From: an uncultured Actinomycetes bacterium
GTDB taxonomy: Bacteria > Actinomycetota > UBA4738 > HRBIN12
Reading direction: 5' to 3'
DNA length: 64,000 nt
NCBI GenBank assembly: GCA_963776425.1
Contig: CAVZMG010000002.1
Span: 952,598-1,016,597 of the forward strand
How positions within the stretch are numbered: the first letter of the stretch is position 1; each line of letters opens with the position of its first letter. A program made the translations under genes and the position numbers. Shown here one piece after another: positions 50,662 to 59,834 of the stretch. The notes under the pieces are model-generated. The model did not search any database. It was not told the origin of the DNA and saw nothing but the letters and a program-made list of their open reading frames with translations.

Positions 50662-50667
50662 TATCAT
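50662..50667 (+). promoter_or_regulatory. candidate -10 box (TATCAT) upstream of trpS
   Basis: Lies 7 nt upstream of the in-frame ATC at 50675. No SD anywhere in 50635-50746. Confidence 0.3.
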
Positions 50668-50674
50668 CGCGCGC

Positions 50675-51688
50675 ATCGACCCTTCCACCGCCTCCGCGAC
50701 CGATCGCCGTGCGCGCGTCCTGACCGGGTTCCGCCCGACGGGGCCTTTGCACGTGGGTCACTGGGCCGGGAACGTGGGCAACGCCGTCCGGCTGCAGGCC
50801 GAGGGCTACGAGTGCTTCTACTTCGTGGCGGACTGGCACATGCTGACGACGCACTACGACCGGACCGAGACGCTCCCCGGGGCGGTGCGAACCCTGGTGC
50901 TCGATCTGATGGCGTCGGGCATCGACCCGGAACGTTCGGTCGTGTATCGACAGTCGGATCTTCCTGAGGTCGCGGAGATGGCGCTCTTGCTCGGGATGAT
51001 CACGCCGCTCGGCTGGCTCGAGCGTGTGCCGACGTACAAGGAACGGTTGCGCGACATGGCCGAGCGAGACATCGCGAACTTCGGGCTCCTCGGGTATCCG
51101 CTGCTGCAGACCGTCGACATCACGATCGTCCGCGGGGAGCTGGTTCCGGTGGGGGAGGACCAGGTCTCGCATCTCGAGATCTCCCGCGAGATCGTCCGTC
51201 GATTCAACCGACTGTACGGCGACACGTTGCTCGAACCCCAGCCGCTCCTCTCGGAGACCCCACTGATCCTCGGCTCCGATGGCCGGAAGATGTCCAAGTC
51301 GCTCGACAACACGATCGACCTGTCGGACGACGCCGACGCGATCCGGGCGAAGGTGCGCACCTTCCTCACCGATCCGCAAAAGGTGCGCCGAGGCGATCCG
51401 GGAGACCCGGACATCTGCCCCGTGTTCGCCTTGCACCGCAAGTTCTCTCAGGATATCCTGGTCTGGACCGACGAGCACTGCCGCACCGGCGAGCTCGGCT
51501 GCGTCGACTGCAAGACGAACCTGGCAGACCGTATCGGCGAGGAGCTCCGACCGTTCCGCGAACGGAGGGTCGAGCTCGCCGCCGAACCCGGCTCCGTGGA
51601 GAAGGTCCTAGCCGCGGGCGCGGATCGCGTCCGTCCGGTGGTGCAGGAGACGATGGGTGCGGTGCGCGCGGGGATGCACTTCGCATGA
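50675..51688 (+). CDS. trpS: tryptophan--tRNA ligase (true start unresolved)
   Basis: RVLTGFRPTGPLHVGHWAGN (HIGH region) ...GEDQVSHLEISREI...KMSKSL. TTG 50747 in the track would delete the first beta-strand. The frame opens at 50618 with no ATG/GTG/TTG before 50747. Confidence 0.88.
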   Translation: MDPSTASATDRRARVLTGFRPTGPLHVGHWAGNVGNAVRLQAEGYECFYFVADWHMLTTHYDRTETLPGAVRTLVLDLMASGIDPERSVVYRQSDLPEVAEMALLLGMITPLGWLERVPTYKERLRDMAERDIANFGLLGYPLLQTVDITIVRGELVPVGEDQVSHLEISREIVRRFNRLYGDTLLEPQPLLSETPLILGSDGRKMSKSLDNTIDLSDDADAIRAKVRTFLTDPQKVRRGDPGDPDICPVFALHRKFSQDILVWTDEHCRTGELGCVDCKTNLADRIGEELRPFRERRVELAAEPGSVEKVLAAGADRVRPVVQETMGAVRAGMHFA

Positions 51689-52434
51689 AGCGTGACCTGG
51701 ACGCGGCGAACGCCGGGAGCTTCGCGGTCGAGCTGCCCGTCTTCACCGGGCCGTTCCGTCTGCTCGCCGAGCTGATCTTGGAGCAGAAGGTGGACGTGTG
51801 CGACGTGCCGGTCGCAACCGTCACCGACCGCTACCTCGCGTACGCGAAGGAAGCGGAAGGATGGAACCTAGAGGAAGCGACGTGGTTCCTAGCGATCTGC
51901 GCGATGCTCCTCGAACTGAAGGTGGGTCGGCTGATGCCACGCCACACCGAGCCGGACGAGGAGGACCTCCTCGGCGCCTCGCCCGACCTGGCCTACGCAC
52001 GCAGCCGTGAGCTGGCAGCGTTCCGGAAGGTCGCGGTGGAGCTGGCGCGGCGCTTGGAGGACGAGGCAGGGTTCTTCGCCCGCGACGTGGGGCCCGGCCC
52101 CGAGTTCTCGCACCTGTATCCGGATCCGCTCGAGAAGGTGTTGCCGCCCGACCTCGCCCGGGTGGCGGCCCAGCTCCTCCGGCCGCCGCCGACCCTCGAC
52201 CTGTCGCACGTGACGCCGATCCGCTACACCGTGGAGGACGCGATGACCGCGGTCAGCGAACGGATGGTCGGCACCGATGGACCGACATCGTTCCGCGACC
52301 TGGTGCTCGATTGCCCGGATCGGATCCACGTAGTGGTTCGGTTCCTGGCGATCCTCGAGTTGTACCGTGAAGGGAAGGTCGAGCTTCAGCAAGGCCCGAC
52401 GTTCGGGGAGATCGAGGTCGAGTGGACGGCGTGA
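51685..52434 (+). CDS. scpA: segregation and condensation protein A
   Basis: FAVELPVFTGPFRLLAELILEQKVDVCDVPVATVTDRYL... The ATG overlaps the trpS stop. Confidence 0.9.
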   Translation: MKRDLDAANAGSFAVELPVFTGPFRLLAELILEQKVDVCDVPVATVTDRYLAYAKEAEGWNLEEATWFLAICAMLLELKVGRLMPRHTEPDEEDLLGASPDLAYARSRELAAFRKVAVELARRLEDEAGFFARDVGPGPEFSHLYPDPLEKVLPPDLARVAAQLLRPPPTLDLSHVTPIRYTVEDAMTAVSERMVGTDGPTSFRDLVLDCPDRIHVVVRFLAILELYREGKVELQQGPTFGEIEVEWTA

Positions 52435-52435
52435 G

Positions 52436-53062
52436 ATGAGCGAGGCGATCGCGGACACCCGCGCGCTCGAGGCCCTGTTCTTCGTCTCGGACGAGCCGCT
52501 GGCCGCATCGGTGCTGGCGCAAGCCCTGGAGCTCGATCGCCGAACCGTAGAGGGACTCTGCGACCATCTGGCCCAAGAGCTGGAAGAGCGCGGCTCGGGC
52601 CTGGTGCTCCGCAACGTGGCGGGCGGGTGGCGCCTCTACACGCACCCCGACACCGCGTCGGTGGTGGAACGGTTCGTGTTGTCTTCGCGTCAGGCGCGCC
52701 TGACGAAGGCGGCGCTCGAGACCCTCGCGATCGTCGCGTACAAGCAGCCCGTAACGCGGCATCAGATCTCCGCGATCCGCGGGGTGAACTCCGATGGGGT
52801 CCTGCGCGCCCTGACCGATCGAGGATTGATCGAAGAAGCCGGTCGGGACGAGACGCCCGGTCGCCCGGTCCTGTTCGGGACCACGCCGGGGTTCTTGGAG
52901 CGCCTCGGCTTGCCGTCCCTCGCCTCACTTCCCTCGCTCGCCCCCTTGCTGGGCGCGGACGTCGATGCCGATGGGGGAGAGGACCCGTCGGACGAGCCTG
53001 AGGGTGAGACGGAGACGACCGAGACCGAGCCCGCCTCCGACGCCACCACCGATCCGGTATAA
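52436..53062 (+). CDS. scpB: segregation and condensation protein B
   Basis: LEALFFVSDEPL...AGGWRLYT...LETLAIVAYKQPVTRHQISAIRGVNSDGVLRAL, followed by an acidic tail. Confidence 0.9.
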   Translation: MSEAIADTRALEALFFVSDEPLAASVLAQALELDRRTVEGLCDHLAQELEERGSGLVLRNVAGGWRLYTHPDTASVVERFVLSSRQARLTKAALETLAIVAYKQPVTRHQISAIRGVNSDGVLRALTDRGLIEEAGRDETPGRPVLFGTTPGFLERLGLPSLASLPSLAPLLGADVDADGGEDPSDEPEGETETTETEPASDATTDPV

Positions 53063-53067
53063 GCGCC

Positions 53068-53790
53068 ATGCCGCCTGAACGTGTCCAGCGGGCGCTCGCG
53101 CGCGCCGGCTTCGGCTCACGGCGGTCGTGCGAGGAGCTGATCGCGGCCGGAAGGGTCACCGTGAACGGGACCCTCGCGACGCTCGGGGACAAGGTCGACG
53201 CCGAGACGGATCAGGTCACGGTCGACGGCGTCGCGGTGAACCTCGACCCCAACGTGAGGCACTACGCGCTGCACAAGCCGCGCGGCGTGATCACGACGAT
53301 GCATGACCCGCAGGGGCGTCCCGACATCCGGGCCTACCTGCCGACCGACGGACCCCGCGTGTTCCCGGTCGGGCGCCTCGACCTGGACAGTGAAGGGCTC
53401 TTGCTCCTCACGAACGACGGCGAGCTCGGGAACCGTCTGCTTCACCCACGCTACGGGATCGAGAAGGAGTATCTCGCGGAGGTGGATGGCGAGGTCACCG
53501 AACGCCGGCTGGCACAGGTGCGGAACGGGGTCGAGCTGGACGACGGACCCGCCTACGCCGTCTCTGCCCGGCTGGTCGCCGCCAGTGGTGCCCGTGGTGC
53601 CGTTCGGCTCGTGATGACCGAGGGCCGCAAGCGCGAGGTGCGTCGGCTGCTCGCGGCCGTCGGACTCCCCGTCACGCGCCTGGTGCGTCTGCGCATCGGC
53701 CCCGTGAAGCTCGGCCGCCTCGCGCCCGGGGCCCACCGGGAGCTCTCTACCGAAGAGGTTCAGGCGCTCTCGCGCGCTGCCGGCATGTAG
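53068..53790 (+). CDS. rluB: pseudouridine synthase, RsuA/RluB family
   Basis: An S4 domain (RVQRALARAGFGSRRSCEELI) is followed by the catalytic GRLDLDSEGLLLLTNDGEL. Confidence 0.9.
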   Translation: MPPERVQRALARAGFGSRRSCEELIAAGRVTVNGTLATLGDKVDAETDQVTVDGVAVNLDPNVRHYALHKPRGVITTMHDPQGRPDIRAYLPTDGPRVFPVGRLDLDSEGLLLLTNDGELGNRLLHPRYGIEKEYLAEVDGEVTERRLAQVRNGVELDDGPAYAVSARLVAASGARGAVRLVMTEGRKREVRRLLAAVGLPVTRLVRLRIGPVKLGRLAPGAHRELSTEEVQALSRAAGM

Positions 53791-53831
53791 CCTGGTCGCT
53801 CCGGGGCGCCCGCCCCGCGGAGGGACGCGAG

Positions 53832-54197
53832 ATGAGGGTGCGTGCGGCTCGTGGAGCCATCGCGGTGTCGGTCGACGAGGCCGAACCGGTCCTCGACGCC
53901 ACCGGCCGCCTCTTGGCGACGGCGCTCGAGCGCAACGAGATCGGGCGCGACGACCTCATCAGCATCCTGTTCACCGTGACCGACGACCTGCGCGCGGTCT
54001 TCCCCGCTGAGGCCGCCCGCCGCATGGGCCTCGGGACGGTTCCGCTCCTGTGCGCACGCGAGATCCCCGTGGCCGGGTCGATGCCTCACGTCGTCCGGAT
54101 CTTGATCCACTTCCACTCCGACCGGGGCCTCGACGACATCGTCCACGTCTACCTGGACGGCGCGGAGTCGCTGCGCGATGACCTCGACGCCGGCTGA
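53832..54197 (+). CDS. aroH: chorismate mutase, AroH type
   Basis: VRAARGAIAV...ILFTVTDDLRAVFPA...VPLLCAREI...RILIHF shows the AroH-class pattern, in about 120 aa. Confidence 0.83.
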   Translation: MRVRAARGAIAVSVDEAEPVLDATGRLLATALERNEIGRDDLISILFTVTDDLRAVFPAEAARRMGLGTVPLLCAREIPVAGSMPHVVRILIHFHSDRGLDDIVHVYLDGAESLRDDLDAG

Positions 54198-55278
54198 ACG
54201 CGTCGCCGTCGTCGGGACGGGGCTGATCGGGACGTCGATCGCGATGGCCGCCGCCCGCGTGGGATGCGACGTGGCCGGTTGGGATATCGACCCCGGCACC
54301 CTGAAGGAAGCATCGGAGCGGCAACCGCTGCGAACGGCGTCCTCGCTCGAAGGAGCCGTCGACGGCGCCTCGATCGTCGTCGTCTGTGCGCCGATCCCGG
54401 CCATCCCCGACCTGGCCGCTCGCGCGCTCATGGCGGCGCCGGATGCCGTGATCACCGACGCCGGAAGCATCAAGACGCACGTCGTGGGCGAGGTCGGCGA
54501 ACGCTCGGGCGCGGAGGCGGGCAGGCGCTTCATCGGTGGACATCCGATGGGGGGCTCGGAGCGCTCGGGCCCCCAGCATGCCGCCGCCTCGATCGTGGAC
54601 GGGATCGTCTGGGTCCTCACCCCGGATCGGCAGGTTGCGCCCGAACTCGACCAGCGCCTGGGTTCGTGGGTCGAGGCGATCGGTGCCCGTCCGGTCCGGA
54701 TGGACCCGCCTCGGCACGACCGCCTGGTGGCGTTCGTGAGCCACCTGCCACAGATCGCCTCGACGGCGTTGATGTCGCTCGCCGCGACCGAGGAGGCCGG
54801 CGAGCCGGAGATCCTGTTGTTGGCCGCCGGCGGGTTCCGCGACCTCACGAGGCTCGCCTCATCGAACCCCGCGCTCTGGAGCCAGATCCTCCTGGCGAAT
54901 CCCCAGGCGATCGCCGAGGCGATCGATCTGTACGCTGCGCGGCTCGGCGAGCTCCGCGACCTGATCCTGCAGGGCGACGGCGATGCCGTGCGCGACACGT
55001 TCGAGGGAGCGAAGCGCGCACGGCTGCGGCTCGCGGCCAAACCACAGGTCCGCGCGGGTGTGGCGGTGCTGCAGGTCGCCGTGCCCGACCGGCCCGGCGC
55101 GCTCGCGGAGCTCACGCAGGCGCTCGCGGAAGGCGCGGTGAACATCGAGGACCTCCAGATCGTGCACTCACCCGAGGGGGGCCGCGGGATCGTGCACCTC
55201 ACGGTGGCCGCGCCGGCAGTCGGCTCGGCGATCGAGGTCTTAGCCTCTCGCTCTTTCGACCCGACCCGGTTGGCTTGA
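54178..55278 (+). CDS. tyrA: prephenate dehydrogenase with a C-terminal ACT-like domain
   Basis: VAVVGTGLIGTSIA (Rossmann fold), GGHPMGGSE, SHLPQ, then the ACT-like LQVAVPDRPGALAELT. Confidence 0.85.
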   Translation: MTSTPAERVAVVGTGLIGTSIAMAAARVGCDVAGWDIDPGTLKEASERQPLRTASSLEGAVDGASIVVVCAPIPAIPDLAARALMAAPDAVITDAGSIKTHVVGEVGERSGAEAGRRFIGGHPMGGSERSGPQHAAASIVDGIVWVLTPDRQVAPELDQRLGSWVEAIGARPVRMDPPRHDRLVAFVSHLPQIASTALMSLAATEEAGEPEILLLAAGGFRDLTRLASSNPALWSQILLANPQAIAEAIDLYAARLGELRDLILQGDGDAVRDTFEGAKRARLRLAAKPQVRAGVAVLQVAVPDRPGALAELTQALAEGAVNIEDLQIVHSPEGGRGIVHLTVAAPAVGSAIEVLASRSFDPTRLA

Positions 55279-55286
55279 GGTTCGCG

Positions 55287-56657
55287 ATGCGTGTACGGAT
55301 CGCTCCCGGCGGGATCCATGAGGACGAGGTGGCCGTTCCTGGGGACAAGTCCGTCGCGCATCGGTGGCTGATCCTCGCCGCCACCGCGCGCGGGGCGAGC
55401 CGTCTAGAAGGACTTCCCCTCTCCCTCGACGTTCGGTCGACCGCGGTGTGTGTCTCACAGGTCACCCCCTCGGCTGGACCTGCACTCGAGGCTTGGTCCC
55501 GGAACGCTTCGGGGGCCGGCGAGGGTCACGGTTCCACGTGGAACGAGGATGGCCACGCACCGGTCTCCTCGTCACTTGAGGTCGAGGGTGAGGGGCGCGG
55601 ATCCCTGGTCGAACCTCGGTCCGATCTCGACTGCGGGAACTCCGGTACCACGATGCGATTGCTCGCCGGGATCTTGGCCGGGTCCCCGATCCGCTCCGTG
55701 CTCGTGGGCGACAGGAGCCTTTCGAGCCGCCCGATGGAACGGGTCGCGGCGCCAATGCGGGCGATGGGTGCCTCGGTCACGACGTCCGACGGTCACCCGC
55801 CGCTCGTGATCGAAGGCGGTCACCTCCGAGGGATCACGTACCGGCTTCCCGTTCCGAGCGCGCAGGTGAAGAGCGCCATCTTGTTCGCGGGTCTCGCGGC
55901 GGACGGGCGCACCGAGGTCTCGGAACCCACGCCGACCCGCGACCACACGGAGCGAGCGCTCGCCGCGCTGGGGGCGCCCGTCACCATCGTGGACGGGCGG
56001 ATCACGGTCGAGCGGTTCCAGCACGAGGGGTTCCGCGGCCGTGTTCCGGGCGACCCGTCGACCGCGGCGTTCCTCGTGGCCGCGGCCGGCTTGAGCGGCA
56101 CCGCCCTGACGATCGCCGGCGTCGGCCTCAACCCCACGCGGCTCGGGTTCCTGGACGTGATGCGCCGGATGGGGATCGAGACTGAGGTCGTTCAGATCAC
56201 CGAAGCGGTCGGAGAGCCGGTGGGCGAGATCCGAGTCACCCCGGCGGGCGAGCTCATGGCGACGAAGGTCGGGCGCGCGGAACTCCCACGCGTGGTCGAC
56301 GAGGTGCCGATGCTGGCGCTCCTCGCTGCGCTCGCCCGCGGGGAGACCTCGTTCGAGGGAGCGGCCGAGCTCCGGGTGAAGGAGAGCGACCGACTCACCG
56401 GGACGGTAGAGGGGATCCGCGCCCTTGGAGGCGAGGCGCGCGCCGAAGACGACGATCTGGTCGTCGCCGGCGCAGGCCTCCACGGTGGCACCGCCGTATC
56501 GCGCGGCGATCATCGACTGGCTATGGCCTTCGTGGTTGGCGCCCTCGCTGCGTCGGGGCCGTGCGAGGTCGAGGGGATCGAGGCGGCGGACGTCTCCTAT
56601 CCCGGGTTCGTCGGCGCGCTGCGCGGTCTAGGGGCGAACGTGGAGGAGATCCCGTGA
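55287..56657 (+). CDS. aroA: 3-phosphoshikimate 1-carboxyvinyltransferase (EPSP synthase)
   Basis: VPGDKSVAHR, CGNSGTTMRLLAG, RPMERV, LRVKESDR and DHRLAMAF. Trimmed to ATG 55287. Confidence 0.93.
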   Translation: MRVRIAPGGIHEDEVAVPGDKSVAHRWLILAATARGASRLEGLPLSLDVRSTAVCVSQVTPSAGPALEAWSRNASGAGEGHGSTWNEDGHAPVSSSLEVEGEGRGSLVEPRSDLDCGNSGTTMRLLAGILAGSPIRSVLVGDRSLSSRPMERVAAPMRAMGASVTTSDGHPPLVIEGGHLRGITYRLPVPSAQVKSAILFAGLAADGRTEVSEPTPTRDHTERALAALGAPVTIVDGRITVERFQHEGFRGRVPGDPSTAAFLVAAAGLSGTALTIAGVGLNPTRLGFLDVMRRMGIETEVVQITEAVGEPVGEIRVTPAGELMATKVGRAELPRVVDEVPMLALLAALARGETSFEGAAELRVKESDRLTGTVEGIRALGGEARAEDDDLVVAGAGLHGGTAVSRGDHRLAMAFVVGALAASGPCEVEGIEAADVSYPGFVGALRGLGANVEEIP

Positions 56658-57313
56658 CCGTCATCCGCGTGATCGCGATCGACGGCGCCGCCGGTGCGGG
56701 CAAGAGCACGCTCGCGCGCGGCCTGGCAGAAGCCCTTGGCTTGCCCTACCTGAACACCGGGACGATGTATCGGGCGCTCACCGTTGCGGCGCTCGACCGA
56801 GGTCTCGACCTCGATGACGGGGACGCGCTCGCGGAGCTGATGCGGGGGTCGAGGTTCGGGCTCTCGGCGGGTTCGCCACCGGTGCTCGAGGTCGAGGGTA
56901 CGGCCCCTTCCCCCGAACTCGAGAGCGAGGCTGTAGAGGCGGCCGTCTCTCGCGTCGCCCGCCATCCCGCGGTCCGAGAACTGATGCGTGAGGTCCAACG
57001 TGAGCTCGGCTACCCGGCGGCCGTGGTCGAGGGTCGAGACATCGGGACCGTGGTCTTCCCGGACGCGCCCGTGAAGCTCTTCCTCACCGCCGCATCGCAA
57101 GAGCGGATCGAGCGGCGGACCGAGGAGCGCGCGTCGGACGATCACGCCGTCGGCCGGGCGCTCCGGACGCGGGACGAACTCGACGCGCGCGTGAACCCGT
57201 TCGAACCGGCGCCGGGCGCCGTCGTGATCGACACCAGCGGCCGGACGGTTGCAGAGACGCTCGCCGCCGCACTCGCCGTGGTCCGCCGGGCCCTCCCCGA
57301 GGTTGTGCCGTGA
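56654..57313 (+). CDS. cmk: cytidylate kinase
   Basis: IAIDGAAGAGKSTLARGLA...YLNTGTMYR...EGRDIGTVVFPDA. The GTG overlaps the aroA stop. Confidence 0.93.
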   Translation: MTVIRVIAIDGAAGAGKSTLARGLAEALGLPYLNTGTMYRALTVAALDRGLDLDDGDALAELMRGSRFGLSAGSPPVLEVEGTAPSPELESEAVEAAVSRVARHPAVRELMREVQRELGYPAAVVEGRDIGTVVFPDAPVKLFLTAASQERIERRTEERASDDHAVGRALRTRDELDARVNPFEPAPGAVVIDTSGRTVAETLAAALAVVRRALPEVVP

Positions 57314-58620
57314 CCGAGATCGCGCCCATCGTCGCGGTGGTCGGCCGCCAGAACGTCGGGAAGTCGACCCTGGTGAACCGGCTGCTCGGTCGCCGGGAGA
57401 CGATCGCCCACGAGATGCCGGGCGTGACCCGAGATCGGATCGCCGTCGAGGCGACCTGGAACGGACGCGCGTTCACGCTGGTCGACACCGGCGGCTACAC
57501 GCATGGCGCGCGCGGGATCGAGTCCCTGGTCGCCGCGCAGGCGGATCGCGCGGCCGCCGAGGCGGACCTGATCCTGCTCGTCGTCGACGTTCGGTCGGGT
57601 GTGACGGAGGAGGACGCGGCATTGGGCCGGCGGCTCCGCCGAACCGCCACCCCCGTGCTCCTCGTCGCCAACAAGGTGGACAGCGAGCGAGAGGCGTCGG
57701 ACGTCACCGCGCTGTACTCCCTCGGGCTCGGCGAGCCGCTGCCGATCTCGGCGATCAGCGGACGTGGCGCCGGCGAGCTCCTCGACCGCCTCGTGGAGCT
57801 CCTTCCCGAACCGATCGAACCCGCGGATGAACCGTCGTCCGAACCGCGCTTCGCGTTCGTCGGTCGGCCCAACGTCGGCAAATCCTCGCTCTTCAACGGC
57901 CTCGTGGGGGAAGAGCGCTCGGTGGTGTACGAGGAGGCCGGGACCACGCGCGACGCGGTCGATGCCGTCCTCGAGTGGCCCGACGGACCGGTCCGTTTCG
58001 TCGACACCGCGGGGATGCGTCGCCAGACGAAGGTCAAGGGCGTCGAGTTCTACAGCTTCGTGCGAGCGACGCGGGCGATCGAACGCGCGGAGATCGTGGT
58101 CGTGGTGATCGAGGCTTCAGAGGGGTTCTCCTCAGAAGACAAGAAGATCGCCGTGCGGGTGCTCGAGGCCGGACGGGGATTGCTCGTCGCCGCCAACAAG
58201 TGGGACCTCGTCGAAGAGAAGGATCGAACGTTCAAGCGTCTCCAGTCAGAGGTGCGAGGGTTCGCGAACGCCGACACGATCCGCACGTCGGCGAAGACCG
58301 GGCAGGGGGTGCACCGGCTGCCGGCATTGTTGACCGAGCTCCGCGGCCGATGGGCGCGCCGGATGCCGACCGCGGCGGTGAACCAGGTCCTGCAGGAGGC
58401 ACAGGGGCAGCAACCGGTGCCTCGCGGAACCGGAACCCTCAAGTACGCCACCCAGGTCGCCGCGGGTCCGCCGAGCTTCGTGATCTTCGGTGGTGGGCGT
58501 CCTCCTGAGGCGACCTATCAACGGTTCCTCGAGAATCGGTTCCGTCGTGAGTTCGGCTTCGACGGCGTGCCGATCCGGATGTCGTTCCGCTCCCGCACGC
58601 GGCCGACCAAACACCACTAG
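57310..58620 (+). CDS. der: ribosome biogenesis GTPase Der (EngA)
   Basis: Two G domains (GRQNVGKSTL..DTGG and GRPNVGKSSL..DTAG..NKWD) plus a KH-like C-terminus. Confidence 0.95.
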   Translation: MTEIAPIVAVVGRQNVGKSTLVNRLLGRRETIAHEMPGVTRDRIAVEATWNGRAFTLVDTGGYTHGARGIESLVAAQADRAAAEADLILLVVDVRSGVTEEDAALGRRLRRTATPVLLVANKVDSEREASDVTALYSLGLGEPLPISAISGRGAGELLDRLVELLPEPIEPADEPSSEPRFAFVGRPNVGKSSLFNGLVGEERSVVYEEAGTTRDAVDAVLEWPDGPVRFVDTAGMRRQTKVKGVEFYSFVRATRAIERAEIVVVVIEASEGFSSEDKKIAVRVLEAGRGLLVAANKWDLVEEKDRTFKRLQSEVRGFANADTIRTSAKTGQGVHRLPALLTELRGRWARRMPTAAVNQVLQEAQGQQPVPRGTGTLKYATQVAAGPPSFVIFGGGRPPEATYQRFLENRFRREFGFDGVPIRMSFRSRTRPTKHH

Positions 58621-58646
58621 TCTGATGCGGACTAGCATCGACTTGG

Positions 58647-58652
58647 TACGAT
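58647..58652 (+). promoter_or_regulatory. candidate -10 box (TACGAT) directly upstream of tRNA-Pro
   Basis: Same hexamer as at rpe. It lies 8 nt upstream of tRNA position +1 (58661). Confidence 0.35.
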
Positions 58653-58660
58653 GCGACCTT

Positions 58661-58734
58661 CGGGACGTGGCGCAGTCTGGTAGCGCACTGGTCTGGGGGA
58701 CCAGGGGTCGCGGGTTCAAGTCCCGCCGTCCCGA
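58661..58734 (+). tRNA. tRNA-Pro (anticodon GGG)
   Basis: Hand-folded cloverleaf. Acceptor CGGGACG/CGTCCCG, D stem GCGC/GCGC, anticodon stem CTGGT/ACCAG with loop CTGGGGG, T arm GCGGG-TTCAAGT-CCCGC. Discriminator is A. CCA is not encoded. Confidence 0.9.
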
Positions 58735-58737
58735 CCG

Positions 58738-59325
58738 ATGAAGGGCACGGCCGCGTCCGATCGCGGGTCCTCGGCGATCCTCACCGTTCCCAACTTCCTG
58801 TCGTTCCTTCGCATCCTGTTGATCCCGGTCTTCGTGGTCCTGATCGTCCACCCCGACACGACGACGGCCGGACTGGTGCTGTACGGCGCCGTGATGGCGA
58901 CCGACTGGATCGACGGATGGGTGGCTCGTCGCACGGGCCAGGTCTCCGAGTTGGGGAAGATCTTCGATCCCACCGCCGACCGCCTGGCGATCGCCGCCGG
59001 ATTGATCGCCCTCGTCGTCCGGGGCGTCTTCCCGCTGTGGGCGGCGCTGCTGATCCTGGTGCGCGACGTGGCTGTCCTGGCGATCGGTCTGTTCCTGCTC
59101 GTGCGTCGGCACGTTCGATTGGACGTTCGATTCATCGGGAAGGTCGCCACGTTCACCTTGATGGCCGCGATCCCCGGGATCGCATGGGGGAACCTCGGGC
59201 TGCCGTTCGCGTCGGGAGCGCTGGTCGCGGGCTGGGTCGCGTTCGGGGTCGGGATCGTCGAGTACTACGTGGCGGCGGCGGTCTACGTGCGGGACGTCCG
59301 AGACGCGCTCGCTACCTCCGCCTGA
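58738..59325 (+). CDS. CDP-alcohol phosphatidyltransferase (PgsA-like)
   Basis: Signature DWIDGWVARRTGQVSELGKIFDPTADR (D-x2-DG-x2-AR...G-x3-D-x3-D). It has multiple TM segments. Confidence 0.85.
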   Translation: MKGTAASDRGSSAILTVPNFLSFLRILLIPVFVVLIVHPDTTTAGLVLYGAVMATDWIDGWVARRTGQVSELGKIFDPTADRLAIAAGLIALVVRGVFPLWAALLILVRDVAVLAIGLFLLVRRHVRLDVRFIGKVATFTLMAAIPGIAWGNLGLPFASGALVAGWVAFGVGIVEYYVAAAVYVRDVRDALATSA

Positions 59326-59380
59326 GCGCTATCGTTCGCTGCGGCGCTTTCAAGACACGCCCCGACCGAGGAGGACCCGC

Positions 59381-59764
59381 GTGGAGTATCCGGAGGACGT
59401 CCGCTACACCAAAGAGCACGAGTGGGCACGCGCCGAGGATGGACGCGTGCGCATCGGGATCACGGACTTCGCTCAGGATGCGCTGGGCGATGTCGTCTAC
59501 GCAGACCTCCCGGAGAGCGGCACAACCGTGCGCGCAGGCGAACCGTTCGGTGAGGTCGAATCGACGAAATCCGTCTCCGATGTCTACAGCCCGATCGACG
59601 GAACCGTGGTCGAACGCAACGCGTTGATCGACGACCGTCCCGAGCTGGTGAACGAGCAGCCCTACGGCGACGGGTGGCTGATCCTGGTCGAGGCATCCGA
59701 CCTCGCGGCGGTCGACGCCTTGATGGACGCCGCGGCATATCGGATCTTCACCGAGACCCCCTAG
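59381..59764 (+). CDS. gcvH: glycine cleavage system H protein
   Basis: YTKEHEWAR...GITDFAQDALGDVVY...GEVESTKSVSDVYSP (lipoyl-Lys motif). SD gaggagg lies upstream of GTG 59381. Confidence 0.93.
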   Translation: MEYPEDVRYTKEHEWARAEDGRVRIGITDFAQDALGDVVYADLPESGTTVRAGEPFGEVESTKSVSDVYSPIDGTVVERNALIDDRPELVNEQPYGDGWLILVEASDLAAVDALMDAAAYRIFTETP

Positions 59765-59834
59765 GCGGCAAGACCGCTCGACCAGGGGTGGAGCTTCACG
59801 CCGGTCGAGGGTTGAGGGTACCTGTCACCCTCGG

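Noticed and set aside
55400-55640. Apparent extra roughly 25 residues in AroA between the DVRST block and GNSGT, compared with E. coli AroA.
   Set aside because: This is likely a lineage-specific surface-loop expansion. The frame and all catalytic blocks are intact. I cannot judge its novelty without an alignment.
59326-59380. Glycine riboswitch upstream of gcvH.
   Set aside because: The spacer is only 55 nt. It shows no tandem aptamer core (GGAGAG...CACCG-type blocks), only an SD and a small hairpin.
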